In this document: piece after piece, positions 39,030 through 52,499 of the stretch | How the letters are laid out: every line of letters starts with the position of its first letter | Numbering within the stretch: position 1 is the stretch's first letter | Origin: Glaucostegus cemiculus | Lineage: Eukaryota | Assembly: GCA_976551045.1 (NCBI GenBank) | Contig: CDPCPM010000013.1 | Location: 10,416,001 to 10,480,000, forward strand | Length of the DNA: 64,000 bases | Direction: 5' to 3' | Program-made: the position numbers and the translations under genes | Notes under the pieces: generated by a model | Databases searched by the model: none | What the model saw: the letters and a program-made list of their open reading frames with translations, nothing else | Told to the model about the DNA's origin: nothing

Positions 39030-39870
39030 ATGAGAGGTGGGGGAAGAAAGTGAGTGGGTGTAGAAAGGGGAAAAGAGAATTAGAGAGAGAAGAGAGAAAG
39101 GTTGGAGTAGGAGAAAGAGAATGAAATGAAGAGATGGGGAGGGGGGGTTCAGGGAGTCAGAGAGAAAGGAAAGAGGGGAGCAAGGGAGGGGGATGTGGGA
39201 GGTGGAGACTGTGAGATAGAAGGGGAATAAGGGAAGGAGATAAACGTTTAGAAAGTGTGGGCAAGAGAGGATGGGAAGTGAGCATTGGGGGAGTGAGAGA
39301 GTGAGAGCATGAGAGAGCAGAAAGAAAGGGAGAGCAAGAGTGAGAGCGAGAGAGAGATGAACAGAGAGAGGGCTCTGACTTCTTGCCAGTATGGAGCCTG
39401 ATCCCTGCTCTTCTGATTGACTGTGAAGGTTCAGTTTTACTTGCTGCCCACTCTCCCATCACTGGCTCAAGGATGTACTCTCATCCTGTTTTTCACCCTT
39501 CTCTCCCACTCTGTCTCTTTCTCTCTCCCCTTTTCTTATCCTCCTTCTTGTCTTCCCTTTTCCCCTTGTCTTTCTACTCCTTTTCTTCTTCTCCCTTTCC
39601 TTCTACCCCTCTACTTTCCTATCTCCCTTTCTTCCCCACTCTCCATCTCATCCTCTTCTTTCTCCGCTTCCTCTCCACCTCCATCACCAGTGCCCTTCCT
39701 CTGCCCCTACTCTCGATTACCCTCTCTCCTCTCCCTTCCACATCTCCACTGCCCCTTTATCCACCACACCTCCTGCCTCCCTTCCCCTCCCCTCTCCCAT
39801 TCTCTCTCTCTTCACTTTCCCTCTCCCCTTCTCTTCGTAAACACAATCCTCTTCCCAGTCTGTCTTTCCC
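39030..39870. repeat. GA-rich tract, ~110-bp spacer, CT-rich tract
   Basis: Directly visible: purine-rich 39030-39372 and pyrimidine-rich 39481-39870. Confidence 0.9.
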
Positions 39871-42799
39871 TGACTTTTGAAAAATATTATTATTCCATTG
39901 TTGTCTAACAATGTGAACATATAATTTGTAATTAATCATCATACAGTTCTTAATCACTCAACAGCACTAATGATAATATTATATTACATTGTAATTTAAT
40001 AATAAATACAGCAAATTATGACATTTATGTTTGAAGACATTAATAAATGGGTCTAGGTCCTTATTTTCTTTCTTATTTTTTCTGCATTTCCACTATTTTA
40101 AATATCAATTTTTGTTCAAGTCCCAACGGAATTTCTCAAGGATTGGAAGCATTCCTAAGAGTTGAAAGCTCTCATATTGAAGCTGGACTCAAAAGGGGCA
40201 GGTCAGTATTATCTAAACCATGGCCAAATAAAAAGTTGATCCTCCCACTACGACTTGCTGGAGGACATCACCACTCACATCTTACCAATTTAAGAATATT
40301 TTAAAAACTAATTCCACTGCAGCCCTTGCTTCCCAGAGCTCTATACCTGAGGAAAATTCCATTGACCTATGTACCCACCACAGACCAATATCAATCTGCT
40401 GCCACACTCTGTTCTGATAGTTCTGTATCAATAAAATACAACTCCCATTATGTCATTTTTTATCCATCACCTTAGATCTATTTGAAGTCAACTGTCCCCA
40501 AATTGTGCAGTTTCAAATAATTCTGGCTTTAAAAGATACAATGATCTCTGCCTCAACTATTCAAAATATTCTTACTCCACAAATCCTCTGCAGAAAGCTG
40601 CAAAGTATAAATTGTTCTATTTACATAACTGAGCTACAGGGAAGACCAGGAGACTACTTATAGATTAATTTTAAACACTTTTACAATCATTAATTTTTTT
40701 ATTCTGTCCAGGCTCCCAAACAAACTTTGATTATTTTCTCACATCAATTAAAATTTTTCATTTTATCATGAAGAACTGCTGCAAATCCAGTGAAAAATTA
40801 TTTTTGCTAGACCAATGGGTACATGCCTTCCAATTTGCCTGTGACCCTGTCAGAGAGCAGTTATGATATGCTGTAATTAAAATGAAGACTCCTAATTTAA
40901 TGTCCAGGATTATACATGTATGTTGCTAATTGAATTTTGAAATGGCAGGTGCATGTTCATTCCCAAAATAAATCTGCACAACATAAAATGGAAAATATTC
41001 TACCGAATTGCCCAAATCACTAATAGCTAGAAACTGGGGCACATTTCACATTCATCCCATGGGCAATGTCATGCATTCACCAGTGACTTGCCCTTGGGAC
41101 ATATCTAACTCTTGGAGAAATTTCTTGCTATAAATATCAAGACAGTGACAATTGTAGTTTACTGATGCCTTTCAATCTTTCCTCTGCTGTAGTTTTAGGC
41201 TTATACACCAAACTCTGGAAGTAGAAGTTCTGAACATAATTTCTGGTTACAATATGCATAGGCATGCCCTTTGACTGGAGTGCGGTGGATCTAAAGCAGC
41301 ATTCAAGACTTTGCTGGAGCAAAACTCATGAGGGAGGAGTCCATCAGAGTAGCTGCACCAGGTTTAATTCTAACCAGTAGTTCCAAAGCATAAGAAGCAC
41401 GGGGTGAATGAAAGTGAGAAACTCCTACAGGTGCAGAAAGAGCTTCCATTACAATACCAACACCAGTGAAGCAATTCAAGTGCTTACACTTTCTCTTTAA
41501 GAACAATGGTGTGCAAAGCAATTCCAAAAGACCAGGATGGTTTGGTTGAGTGACGAATGCTTGGATCTCAAAGGATAGAAACTAAATCTTCATTATACAT
41601 ACAGATGTTTTAAAACACACTGAAGAAGGGAGATGGTGTTGGAATTAGAGAATGGGAGCAGAGAACTGTGCCACTTTTCCTCACTTTAGTGAAATTTCTG
41701 CAGAACAGAAAAGAGAGATTCCCTACAGAATTAAATGGCCTAAATGTTAAAAAGAGACCTTTGCTCATTTTTTCAATAGAATTTAATGCACCTGCAGTGT
41801 TACTGATCAGGGCAAAAATAGAAGCAAAACACTAATAATCTGAATGAGCAGAGTTTGCCAGAAACACTCAGCAGACTGGTTGGCACCTGAGGAGTGAACA
41901 AGGGAGTTAATTCTTCAAGTGGAACCCCTCCTGAAGGTCGACATTAGCTGCTGGCTGAGTTGATGAATTTTTAAAAAAAATTTCTCTGAGGCCTTTGCTC
42001 TCAGCTGTTACATAACATTCAAAAGTAGCCCAGTGTCTACACACCCTCAATTTACCACTTCTTCCTCCTCCTCAGCCCTACCATGTGCATCGTTTTGTCT
42101 ACATTCAGTCCTACCCTGAAGAGAGACTGGAAAAGCAGTGGAGTGGTGTTGTAAACCTTCATGCCAATGGCAAAAAGTACTAGCATTTCATGTGTGTTAG
42201 AAGAAAGTAACTGAAACCCATCTCCACAGATCAGTCAGAGGTACCATTTTTGATCTAGACTTTGGACCATCTCCAGCATGTAAAAGGACTCATGATCCAA
42301 TTGAAGAAAATCAGAGCAATTTCTCTGTGCCCTGGTGAACATTTATCACCCAATCTATATCACTAGAGTACAAGGTCATTATTTCCTTGCTGTCTGTGGA
42401 ACTTGCTCTGCGCATCTTCCAACATCTTAACAGTGGTCACAACATCAGAAGCTGTCTTGCCACATCCTGAGCCTCTGAAGGACACAGTATGATGGCAAAC
42501 TAATTCTTACTAGACAAGTTGCAAGGGAAGGAGACTGTGCACAGTGGGATGACTTTTCCAAGGAACGATTCCAGATTGGGACCTGACACCGGCACAATTT
42601 CATGATGGCACCTCAAATAATGGAGTGAGGTTTATATATCACGGGTGGAGAAATAAAGTGCATACATCTATATCGCATGCAGAACTGCAGGGCAGGACCG
42701 TTAGCAGAGCTGGAAGCAGCCTCTGGAGGAGACAGCAGATTAACTCAAGTCAAAAAAAGTAGAACCAACTTTTATGCATTTTAAAGTTTATGTAATTTT

Positions 42800-44210
42800 T
42801 TTGTTAACTGCAACAGGCTCGATGTTGAACAATAACATTGACGACTCCTTGACTTATCAAATAATTACAAACGGGTTCGATTTGAAAGTGAAGAAGTGTC
42901 ATAGTTAAAAATAATAAACTCTGTTCTGTAAGCTTGAATGTTCGATTTCAGTTACCAACCTCGTCATCAGCGAGAAAAGCTTCCCCCGTTATAGATCTGT
43001 CAATGTATGAAGAGAAACGTTCTACAGTTGGGCAGACACATTTGGAACACCTATGTTGGCATATGGCAGAGCCGAGCACCATTCGGAAGGAAGCTGTGTT
43101 AATTTTACGCCTATTGTCCACACCCCTGATAACAAGGTTGATGTTTCCAGGCGTTGTTCCCAGTGCCAGAGAACGGCACCGACTGGGCACAGGGCGAGAG
43201 GGAAGTGGGAATAAATCGTGTCCTGCGCCGCCCTGAAATGAAGCTCCAAGTTAAATTTTTAATATTGACCTTTATCATCGGACAGAGCCAGACGGTGTTT
43301 TATTGATAGTGTCACTTCAATGTGAAAATAACTTATGAATTCATCAGAAATCCCAGACCCTGCAGGCAGGTCATAAATATGCCACATAAAGCAACCATTT
43401 AACAAACACATTTACAAACATCACCGGGGTTTGCAGTCGAACTTGTTTGATGGAAGCTGTTTCCAATCCCCTTGATTTCCTGCAGGCGAATGATTTTATG
43501 TAAAGTCTACGCACGCAGCAGCGACAGGGAAAAAAAACTTCAATGACACGTGAAGGTCTCCAGTTTGGAGAATCGCTTATGTAAATACACGGTGTGCCGG
43601 CGCAGCCGCTCTCGCCTTATGGAAATTGGCTGCGGAAAATGCAAGTGGGCTTGGAGAGAGGGTGTACCTGGAACCGACAACAATCCGCAGATGGGCTGCA
43701 GCGACCGGCTGCAACATCAGGCTGGCTTGATGACATCGCTGTGTGTAGCAAATGAAAGCATCAAGTCGTGCTTGGGGTGGTTCTGATGCAGAGCAGTGTT
43801 GCACTACCAACGAAAGCAGTGTCCTTGCATAGTGGCAGTCGCCAGTCATTTCAATCCAGACTCGCCAAACACGATAGCAGTCGCTTCTTCTAATTAAGAA
43901 GGTGGCACTCTTGCTGCATTAAATATCTACGTTAGAATCGCCTGTGAGCCCCTTCGTGCTGAACCTCTCTGATCACGCGTGTTGCCCCGACAAAAGCATC
44001 CCTCTACGCTTAGTCTGACGGGCAGCTCCCCCTGCACCCATTTAACAGGGTTAATGCGCCCTTCGCCCCGTGAGGACTCGGTTCGTGAAGGGAAGCCGAG
44101 GGATGAAGCCGGATCCCAAGCAATGAAACCCCTGGCCGGGCTCTCCGACCTAGAAGAATGTATCGTTGTCCCTCCTTGATCAACTGTGTGTAGGTTGGAC
44201 CTTGGAGACG
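42800..44210. promoter_or_regulatory. CpG-rich, repeat-free island; candidate enhancer or unannotated promoter
   Basis: CG dinucleotides are far denser than in the flanks and no TE motifs were recognised. Motifs include TTTATTG, GTCATAAA, AACAAACA, CACGTG and TTATGTAA x2 (a third just upstream at 42788). Confidence 0.55.
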
Positions 44211-44304
44211 AGGACTCCCACAGTACTCAGAACAAATAAATGAGGTCTATAAATCACAGGTGGAGAAATAAAAAAATCTTTTATTGTTTCGCTACATCAA
44301 AAGT

Positions 44305-44775
44305 AGTTTACATTTATGTAGCGCCTTTCACAAGACATCCCAAAGCGTTGTAGATCAGATCAGATTAGTTTATTGTCATATTCACTAGGGTCTAATGAAA
44401 TCCCTTGCTCGTGTGAAGCTCAGGGTGTAAACTGTATACATGGGAATAATAAATAAAATAGTAAATACGGCGACGAGGGCAAAACAACAGAATGGTGCAA
44501 AGATTGCAATGCAATCTGAAGTAGTGCAAAAAATGCTTAAGTGACAATAATGGAATAAGTGAGAACATGGCAGGAAGCGGATATGAAACAGGTGATTCGT
44601 TCAGTCAATGAAGTACTTTGGGGTCATCACTATTCTAAGGTAGCAAAAACAGCTGTCAATTTGCATACATCAAGCTCCCACAAACACCAATGTGACAGTG
44701 AGCAGTTTTAGTAATGTTGATTGGGGTGCAACTATTGGCTGGGACACCAGGAATAATCCCCATGCACTTTCGTTC
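44305..44775 (-). mobile_element. DeuSINE-like fragment interrupted by a Rex1-like 3' tail (~44352-44600)
   Basis: CATTTATGTAGCGCCTTTCACAAGACATCCCAAAGCG [insert starting AGATCAGATCAGATTAGTTTATTGTCATAT] CAGTCAATGAAGTACTTTG...ATTGGCTGGGACACCAGG. Confidence 0.65.
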
Positions 44776-45359
44776 CCCACAGTAACGCAAGAGAGGTCAC
44801 GCAAGTGTTGCTTTTGAAAATAGAACCACATTTGTGGAAAATTGAAGTTGTTATCTACTTTTTTTAGCATGAGAATTTCTGTCAAATTTGATGTTTGAGA
44901 AATACAGCCACGAAAGCAAATATGTGGTTTGATTAGCTTGGGTGATGGGAAAATAATGTGCAATCTTCTCCTAATGGTGCTGCGTTTCGAACTGGTGAAT
45001 CCCATTCAGTCACGTTTATCCTTTTAAAAAAATTGCAGAACAGTGCGCAGAGTAATTTAGGGTAGTGGGGCATCCAACTCCAAATAATTTCATTTCCAAA
45101 GCTGAAATGCAATGATTATACAAAAACTAGTGAACCTGCCACGTGTCAAACACATCAAGTTATTGAATGTAACAAAACTTGCTTTTCATATTGTAACTAG
45201 TAGTTATTTCCTTAGGAATTAAATATTAAATAATAAAATGTAGATCACCACAAAATAAAAATAATCTAATTCCATCTCAGGCAAGCAGACATTCCATGTG
45301 TGGAGTTATTTTGAGAATTTTCCTGATAAATGAGTATCAATCTCTTACATCATAAGACC

Positions 45360-45630
45360 TGCTCAACCTTGACCTCCAGTGGTGTCTAAGTGGAGTCTGC
45401 ATCCTCTCCCTGTGACCACATGGGTTTCCCCAAGATGATCCGATGTCCCCTACATCTCAAAGGCATGCTGGTTGGTAGGTTAATTTGCTACTGAAGATTA
45501 TTGCTAGTGTATGTGGGTGTCAGGAGAAGCATGGGGAAGCTGATGGGCATGTATAAGATAATAGGTTACAGAGAAATAAGTGGGGAAATGGGATTGATGG
45601 GATTGCTCAGACAGCCAGCATGGACTCAGT
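45360..45630 (+). mobile_element. Older HE1-type SINE, head partly lost
   Basis: GTGGAGTCTGCATCCTCTCCCTGTGACCACATGGGTTTCC V-core followed by a CR1-like tail. Confidence 0.7.
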
Positions 45631-46789
45631 ATTTAAAGTATAATTAAACTGACTGAATAGACCATTAATATTAATACCATGGATTCATAAATGTCATGCA
45701 GATCAAAATTATAGTTCTTCATTACTTTTGGAGCCAAAATCAGAATGCAGTAATGCTAAGCTTTCTTATGGGCAGCTTAATGTGCAGATAATACATTTTT
45801 GGGGAAGAAAATTAGTGATGTAAATATTCATTCAGTAACAGATGCTGAAGGCAACAGATAGGAAGATTAGAAGAATAGACATAAAGCTCCTCAAACTTGT
45901 TCCACCATTCAATGAGATGACTGAGTGATTTGAGATGCCTAAAATGTATTACATTATTCCCAGAAATATCAATTGAAGGCAGAGAAAAACAGAGATTAAT
46001 AACAATAGTATTTTGGATTTTATAAGCAGAGCAATAACATGTTTGGTTACAATGTGTAATGATCTTTTGGATCCCTCTTGCTAAAAAAACTTGATGGTGA
46101 GGTCATTAATCATTTAAAACTGACATTGGTAGCTAAGGATATTACAAGATATGCATCCAGGGTGTATAAATTGTTAAGATGAAGATGAGCTGTGATTAAT
46201 TGAATGGTGAAGCCATCTCAAAAGGAGGAAAAGCCAGGCCCTGCCCCTCTTATGCTGTACAACGCTAAGATTGTCTCCTGGGAGACTCTGAATCCCCTTT
46301 GTGCATCTCTTAACCTGAAGCTGAGGCATGGACCCATCTGAGTTACTGCACACCGCTAATGAACTGAAACCAGGGTTCCCTTGTTTATAGCACATGGATA
46401 GGTGTTGTTGTGTGGTTGATCAAAGATGTACAAAATTGTGTAATTTTGCATGAAAAACTTCAGCGTGGAAAGAAACAAAAAGCTGAGAAAACAAAAGCTC
46501 TGCCAAATATCATGAAGGAGAACTAACGACAGAAGATAGGATGGAGTGTCTAAGTCTTCCAGCAGAGGAAGTTTCAATATTACTCCTGATAGAGACTGAC
46601 CTCTTTGTGACAATGAACTATTCCCATCCACTGTTGTTCATCAGCCCATCACAGCACACAAGAGGGAAACCCAATCACCCCACAGTCAGCATACAAATGT
46701 CATTGTGGCATTTCACATTTTTAATGCAGCAAAACAACCATGGTACTCCACAGAGCATTATTGAATGGACTTTGATACCACACCACACA

Positions 46790-48400
46790 AGATATTATTA
46801 AGACAGCTGATCAAAAGTTTAGTTGTAGGAGCAGGTTTTAAGAACCCTTTAATGAGAACAAGGTGGGGCAGAGAGGTATAAGAAGGGAATTTTACAGCTT
46901 AGGTTCTTAGTAGCCCAAGCACAAACATTCATGTAGGGCAATTAAATTTGCAGATGATCAAGTGGTTAGACCTGGAAGAGTACAAATATTCCAGTGCTGG
47001 AGGGCCCATAGAGGCAGAGAGAATGAGACCATAAAGGTACTTCAAAAAGAATGAGAATCTTAAAATCAGTCAGAAGCCAGAAAAAATGAGCAAGCACATG
47101 ACAGCAGGGTTTCAAGACAATGTCAGATTTACAGTCTTTGGAGTATGGGAGCCAGCCAGGAGTTTATCAGAATAGCTTCTGATGTAATAAAGACATGGAA
47201 GAGGACTTTAGTCATTTGGTGCTATTATCAAGATGGATATAGGCAGTAGGTGGGGAATGTAAAATGGTTTGCAGCACAGAAGAGAAACCGGAGAATATCT
47301 TTGCCTTCCAGGATTATCCCAGAACAGTCATGGTACAGGTACACATGTCAGGGTCATACTTAATCCCAGGTTTTTAAACATTCTATTCTTACTTCAAAAG
47401 ACTTGCCAGGCGAGGGGCGAAGGCAGTGGCTTAAGGTCAGAATCTGTGACAGAGTCTGAAGGTTACTCATAATTGGAGGAAGTTCCTGCTTATCCAGTAT
47501 TGAATGTCAGGCAAGCAATCAGACAACATAGAGGCAAAGGAAGACTGAAAGAGGTAGTGTGAAACACATTGGGGGCCATGACTGTATGTGTGAAAACTGC
47601 TTTTGAATTATATCACCAGGACGTACCATGGTAAAAGAGAAACAGGAAGGGGAGGGCAAAGGTCGATCTTGGAGAAACAATAGAGGTAATTTTGAAGAAA
47701 CAGGATGAGAAGCTATTACACTTGATTCTTTCACAACAACATGGAACCAAGTGAGTACAATCTTATCCAGCAGGGCAATAGTGGAGCACCCGTGTAGGTA
47801 GATGGTGAGATCAAATGTGATGAAGGTTGGGACAGATGAAGAAGGCCAAGAAGGGGAAGTTTACCTTTGATTCAGTCACACAGAATATCACTTATGAATT
47901 TGATAAGAGCCAGCTTGCTAACTCAGCAGTAGTGATACCTAATGGAGTAATTCAGATATAGAATTCTCAGAAAACTGGACATAGATCTGCAAGACAATGG
48001 CATAGTTCAAGGAGTTTGAAGAGGAAAAAATGATCGGTTTGCAAGGAGAGTAGAGTCAAATATTTTTTTGAGTAAAGTCATGATGATGATGGCAAATCTA
48101 AAAGGGAGTCACCTGTTTGATGGGAATGGAGTTGAGCAAGGAGTTTGGTCTCATGGACAAAAGAGCTGGTAGGAAAGGAGCTAAAGAATAAAGCAAAATG
48201 AGGATTGAAATAGGGAAGCAACTTAGAGGAAGTTTTGCCCCATGGTCGAGAGGAAGGAAGGAAAGAACAGAGTCTGATCTGTGTGATATAAGATCAACAG
48301 CTGATGCTTGTTGGAGATGGAGGTGAAGCAGAAAGTGGAGAGGAATTGAAGTAGACACTTTGCAGTCAAGGGAGGAAATCAAAGGTTATCTTTGCCATCC
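46790..48400 (-). mobile_element. Decayed L2-type LINE
   Basis: Purine-rich antisense motifs GCAGGTTTTAAGAA..AGGGAATTTTACAGCTTAGG and TGTGATGAAGG..GATTCAGTCACACAGAATATCACTTATGAATTTGATAAGAGC. Confidence 0.55.
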
Positions 48401-50487
48401 AGTATTATCCTGGAATTGTGAATAGCTTTAGCCAATGAGGACATGGTCCAGTAATAGTCTGTGTGATCCAATCAGATCAGAATGTGAATGGCTAAAGCAG
48501 TCAGAATGAGAGAGAGGGCATGTTTTATCAGGACAAGACATCAAGGGGTATGGTTGGCTAAGTCAACATCTGCAGAAATGTCATGAAGAGTGGCTAGCCA
48601 AAGCTTAAAGAATTTGGGACATTGGAAGGAAAATGGTAAATGATTGAGAACAAGAACACTTTGAGTGTGACTTCAGCACACAGACTACAATGGCACAAGA
48701 CAGCTCACCCCCTCCTTAATGACAAGTAGAGACAAACAATAAATTTTGGCCTTACCAGTGATTCTTGTAAAACTTTGACTTTGCTTATAACATTGTACAA
48801 AATGCTGAAACATTCATTTAGGAGGCAATGACTGAGCTACAAAAAATCTGACTTCTCTTTGACAAACTGTGGACTCCCAATATAAATCAATGAGATATCC
48901 ACCAAGCTGCCAATGACAGAGGCCTCAAGATGATCACAGCCCAACCCCTTCTTATTCATTTCAACACCAGTTGTTGTCAATTAATGTTCCCACCCAGTGT
49001 TGAAGCCTACCCTCTGAACTGTGACCACAATGGTGGTGAAAACCCCAGCAGGTCCTGAAAAGGATGGCAGTAAATACAGATGTTGGCCTGAAGGATTTGA
49101 AAATCTGGAACAGCTAGCTGGAACAAGTCAAGGACAGCCGACAAGTAGACGAAACAAGCCTCTTAGTTCTCGCCAGGTGGTGGAAGAAGTGGAGGCTATT
49201 GTTTTCTGAATTAAATATTTTTAGATTGAAGTACTTGGAAGTGGACCTAATGAAGGCCCTATCAATAATCTGCTAATTAGAGATAATTTCCAAATGAGAA
49301 ATTATTTGTGAAATGCTCTTTGATGCAGAAGAAGTAGTCTGTGTCCATGAACTGGAGTGGCCTGAACCCAGTGTCAGACTTGAACTGGCTATAATTAGTG
49401 TGAAATGGTCTGATTCAGCAAAAGAAGCAGAGGAATGACATTGGAGGCATGCGGTGAGGCGGTGCCACCTGTAGCCTTGGGCCAGAGCCAGTGAGAGATG
49501 GACACAGGATGGCCCAATGAATCAGAGCCAACAGAATCAAAATATAACGATGCAGAACTGATAAGGGAAAGGAATAATAATGAAGGCTTTTGGAGATAGA
49601 GCAGCAAGAACTCAGGAGACTAATGAGCAAGACCAACTTTGGCAAGGAGGACCCCTATGCCTGGAGCAGGGAGAAGGAGGATCAATTGTTTGGTCAACGG
49701 GAGATCCCCCATTTCGGTGTAAGTTGGGTGAGTATTGGTCCAAAAGGAAAAATAGAATTCAGGAATTATGTGGATATTTGGATTTGATATAATAAGTTGG
49801 TAAAATAAAATCACGAGTAGTTTGAATTAATTAGGATTTGTGTGGTCATTCACCTAACCTAAGTTAGTTGACCAAGGTAACAGTCAACGCAGATCTCATG
49901 TTTTTTTTAAAAACTAAATAAGCTTTGATCAATGATGAATGGAGGCAATCACTGGCACTGGCCTAAATTGTTATCATAGATTGTTACCATTCCAGTTATA
50001 TTGATGCCCAGAAGCTTCATTGTTCTCAGTATGTACTTATGAAGAATACTACTGGCAACAAGTCTGGAGCAAAGCTTATGTGTTCCCTTTAGAGAAGTGC
50101 ATTCAATGATAATGATTTATTCCTACATTCAGATTCTAACAGTTAGAGAACACAGCACTGACAAATATCTATTTCGCCAGAATAGTCTTGTGCAATGGAA
50201 GTTCTAGATTATTTACGCTCTCTACTTCATCTAGTACTCATTGCATGTAAAGAAGTGCTCATGAAGTCTTTGGCATTGATGAATACCTTCCTGTTTTATT
50301 TCTGGGGTTTTCATATTTACAAACAGTCTGTTGTGGAGAAGTTGAATAGCATTAATAAACAGGTATATGGTGGAGTTCTATAGTATTATTTTGTTTGTGC
50401 AAGTTGTGAGAATACTGGTAGTTCACAGTATTAATGCTTGTGTGTACATGGTGCACTGTCTTGGAGTTCCGTGGAACCTTATGTCTA

Positions 50488-51061
50488 CAGGCTATCCCAG
50501 GGTTAGGCAAGGATTCCGTTCCTGAGAACTATCCATAAGTTGATATCTCTGTAAGTCAGAAATGTCAGTTTTCTGTAATAACCCATCTCATACACTTGCT
50601 ATAATTGTTTTATTTCAATGAATAATCACCCTAACGCTACCCATTATTAAACCAATGGAATATAATTTGTGTCCAGGCATTAATGAATACCATAAAACAT
50701 TGTATTATTACTAAAATTTAATTTTTAAATTTTTTAAAATAAATTTTATTTACAGCGTGGTAACAGGCCCTTTCGGCCCAACGAGTCCGCGCCGCCCATT
50801 TTCAACCCCCAAATTAACCTACCCATACGTCTTTTTAGAATGTGGGAGGAAACCGGAGCACCCGTAGGAAACCCACGCAGACACAGGAGAATGTACAAAC
50901 TCCTTACAGTCAGCGATGGGAATCGAACCCCGATCGCTGGCACTGTAACAGCGTCACCCTAACCGCTACGCTATCGTGCCGCCCCCCTAACTACTAGTTT
51001 GAAAATGCATGGGAGAATTTGGGTAATGTCAGATTTCTGTATGTAACCTGGGAAGTCCCTA
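50488..51061. mobile_element. Tigger/pogo-like Tc1-mariner MITE with nested SINE
   Basis: Left end TA-CAGGCTATCCCAGGGTTA..., right end ...GTAACCTGGGAAGTCCCTA-TA: imperfect TIRs with TA flanks. Subterminal repeated TAAGT motifs. Confidence 0.6.
50713..50984 (-). mobile_element. V-SINE type A, CpG-intact and probably young
   Basis: Full-length copy with CpGs retained and a long AT tail. Confidence 0.93.
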
Positions 51062-51414
51062 TAAATGCTGCAATATGGTGGAGTTCATTGGCATTGATAA
51101 GAGGAGTGAATAGGGAATAGCCTGCATTTTCAGTTTGAATTTACTCAGTGTAACTGTTTGTTCAGATGGAATTGACTGCATGTAAAATGCAGGGATTTTT
51201 AAAAAATCTAAAGTATAGGCAACAAAGACCAAAATACTTTGACATTGTGCTAATGCTATGGGAACTCTCATAGCAATTCTTGCCACTAATCCAGTTTTCT
51301 TGGAAACAGAGGGAAAAGTGCTTTACTTTTGCTACCTGTGCCTTCAGTGCAAGGATTCACTGGTGGGTCCTTTGTGCAGGATACACTTAAGAACAGGTTT
51401 GTGTAATGTTAAAG

Positions 51415-51690
51415 AGTCAGACAGCATAGAACGAAGACGGTTAGCTCACTGAGTCCAACTTGACCATCAAACACTCAATTACACTAACCCTATACTAATC
51501 CTATTTTAATTCTCCCTACATTGAAATCAACTCACTAGGGGCAATTTACACTGGTGAATTAATTACCACCCCACACATCTTTGGAATGAGAGGAAACTAG
51601 AGCACCCAGAGGAAACCCTTGAGAGAACATGCAAACTCCACACAGACAGCACGGAGGCCAAGATTAAATCCCAATCACTGGAGCTGTGAG
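51415..51690 (-). mobile_element. Older HE1-type SINE
   Basis: GCAAACTCCACACAGACAGCA core and GGCAATTTACA motif, as at 945-1281. Confidence 0.75.
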
Positions 51691-51816
51691 ACTTTGTTCT
51701 GTCTGTGATATGATTCTTATACATTGTACCTACATGCTGCAGTTCAACTGAGAGTTACTGGCTTCAGTAAAGGATGTTCTGTTCTACCTCTACCTCAGTC
51801 TCATTGGCTATGTTGT

Positions 51817-52073
51817 GGGCGGCACGGTAGTGTAGTGTTTAGCATGATGCTATTACAGCTCCAGCAATCGGGCTTCGATTCCTGTCGCTGACTGTAAGGA
51901 GTTTGTACGTTCTTCCGTGTCTATGTAGGTTTCCTCCAGGTGCTCTGGTTTCCTTCCACATTTCAAAGACGTACAGGTAGGTTAATTTGGGTTTAAAATG
52001 GGCGGCGCGGACTCATTGGGCCGGAAGGGCCTGTTACCACGCTGTAAGTAAAAGTTTATTTAATTTAAATTTA
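51817..52073 (+). mobile_element. V-SINE type A
   Basis: Head GGGCGGCACGGTAGTGTAG, V-core, tail GGGCCGGAAGGGCCTGTTACCACGCTGTA. Confidence 0.92.
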
Positions 52074-52499
52074 ACCCTGCAAATACTATATTGGCATTGA
52101 GAATGAGATGCTGCCACTTGCTAGAGTAGCAAGAATGTGGTGCAGTCTGGGAAAGCTGTGGAATAAAGTTCTACGAGTTAGAGTATGTTTGGAGAAGAGA
52201 GTCATAATGAGAACAGGCAACAGATACTTTTGATCCATCAGGAAGCCTGTGGAATAAGAGTAGATTCTACCATTTGTCCTTCATATGGAACAAGTTGAAA
52301 TGTTTTCTAACACTAATATCATCAAGGTTTTATTCAACAAGGCCCAGTGTTACTGCTGTCATAGGATAGAGCACATTTCACGGGGGTGTAAATCTCTAAA
52401 GAAAGCAATAGCCAATAAAGGTGGTGGTCCTCAGTTGTCTTAGCAGCAGGGAGGTAAGTTTGCTGAACAGAAGCATTGTGGTACCATACATAGAGTCAT

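Noticed and set aside
39157-39957. Long Ser/Pro/Leu-rich and Gly/Arg/Glu-rich ORFs
   Set aside because: They arise from stop-poor GA/CT low-complexity sequence.
49020-49800. Purine-rich segment vaguely like a Tx1 ORF1 remnant
   Set aside because: Similarity needs several frameshifts and is too weak to call by eye.
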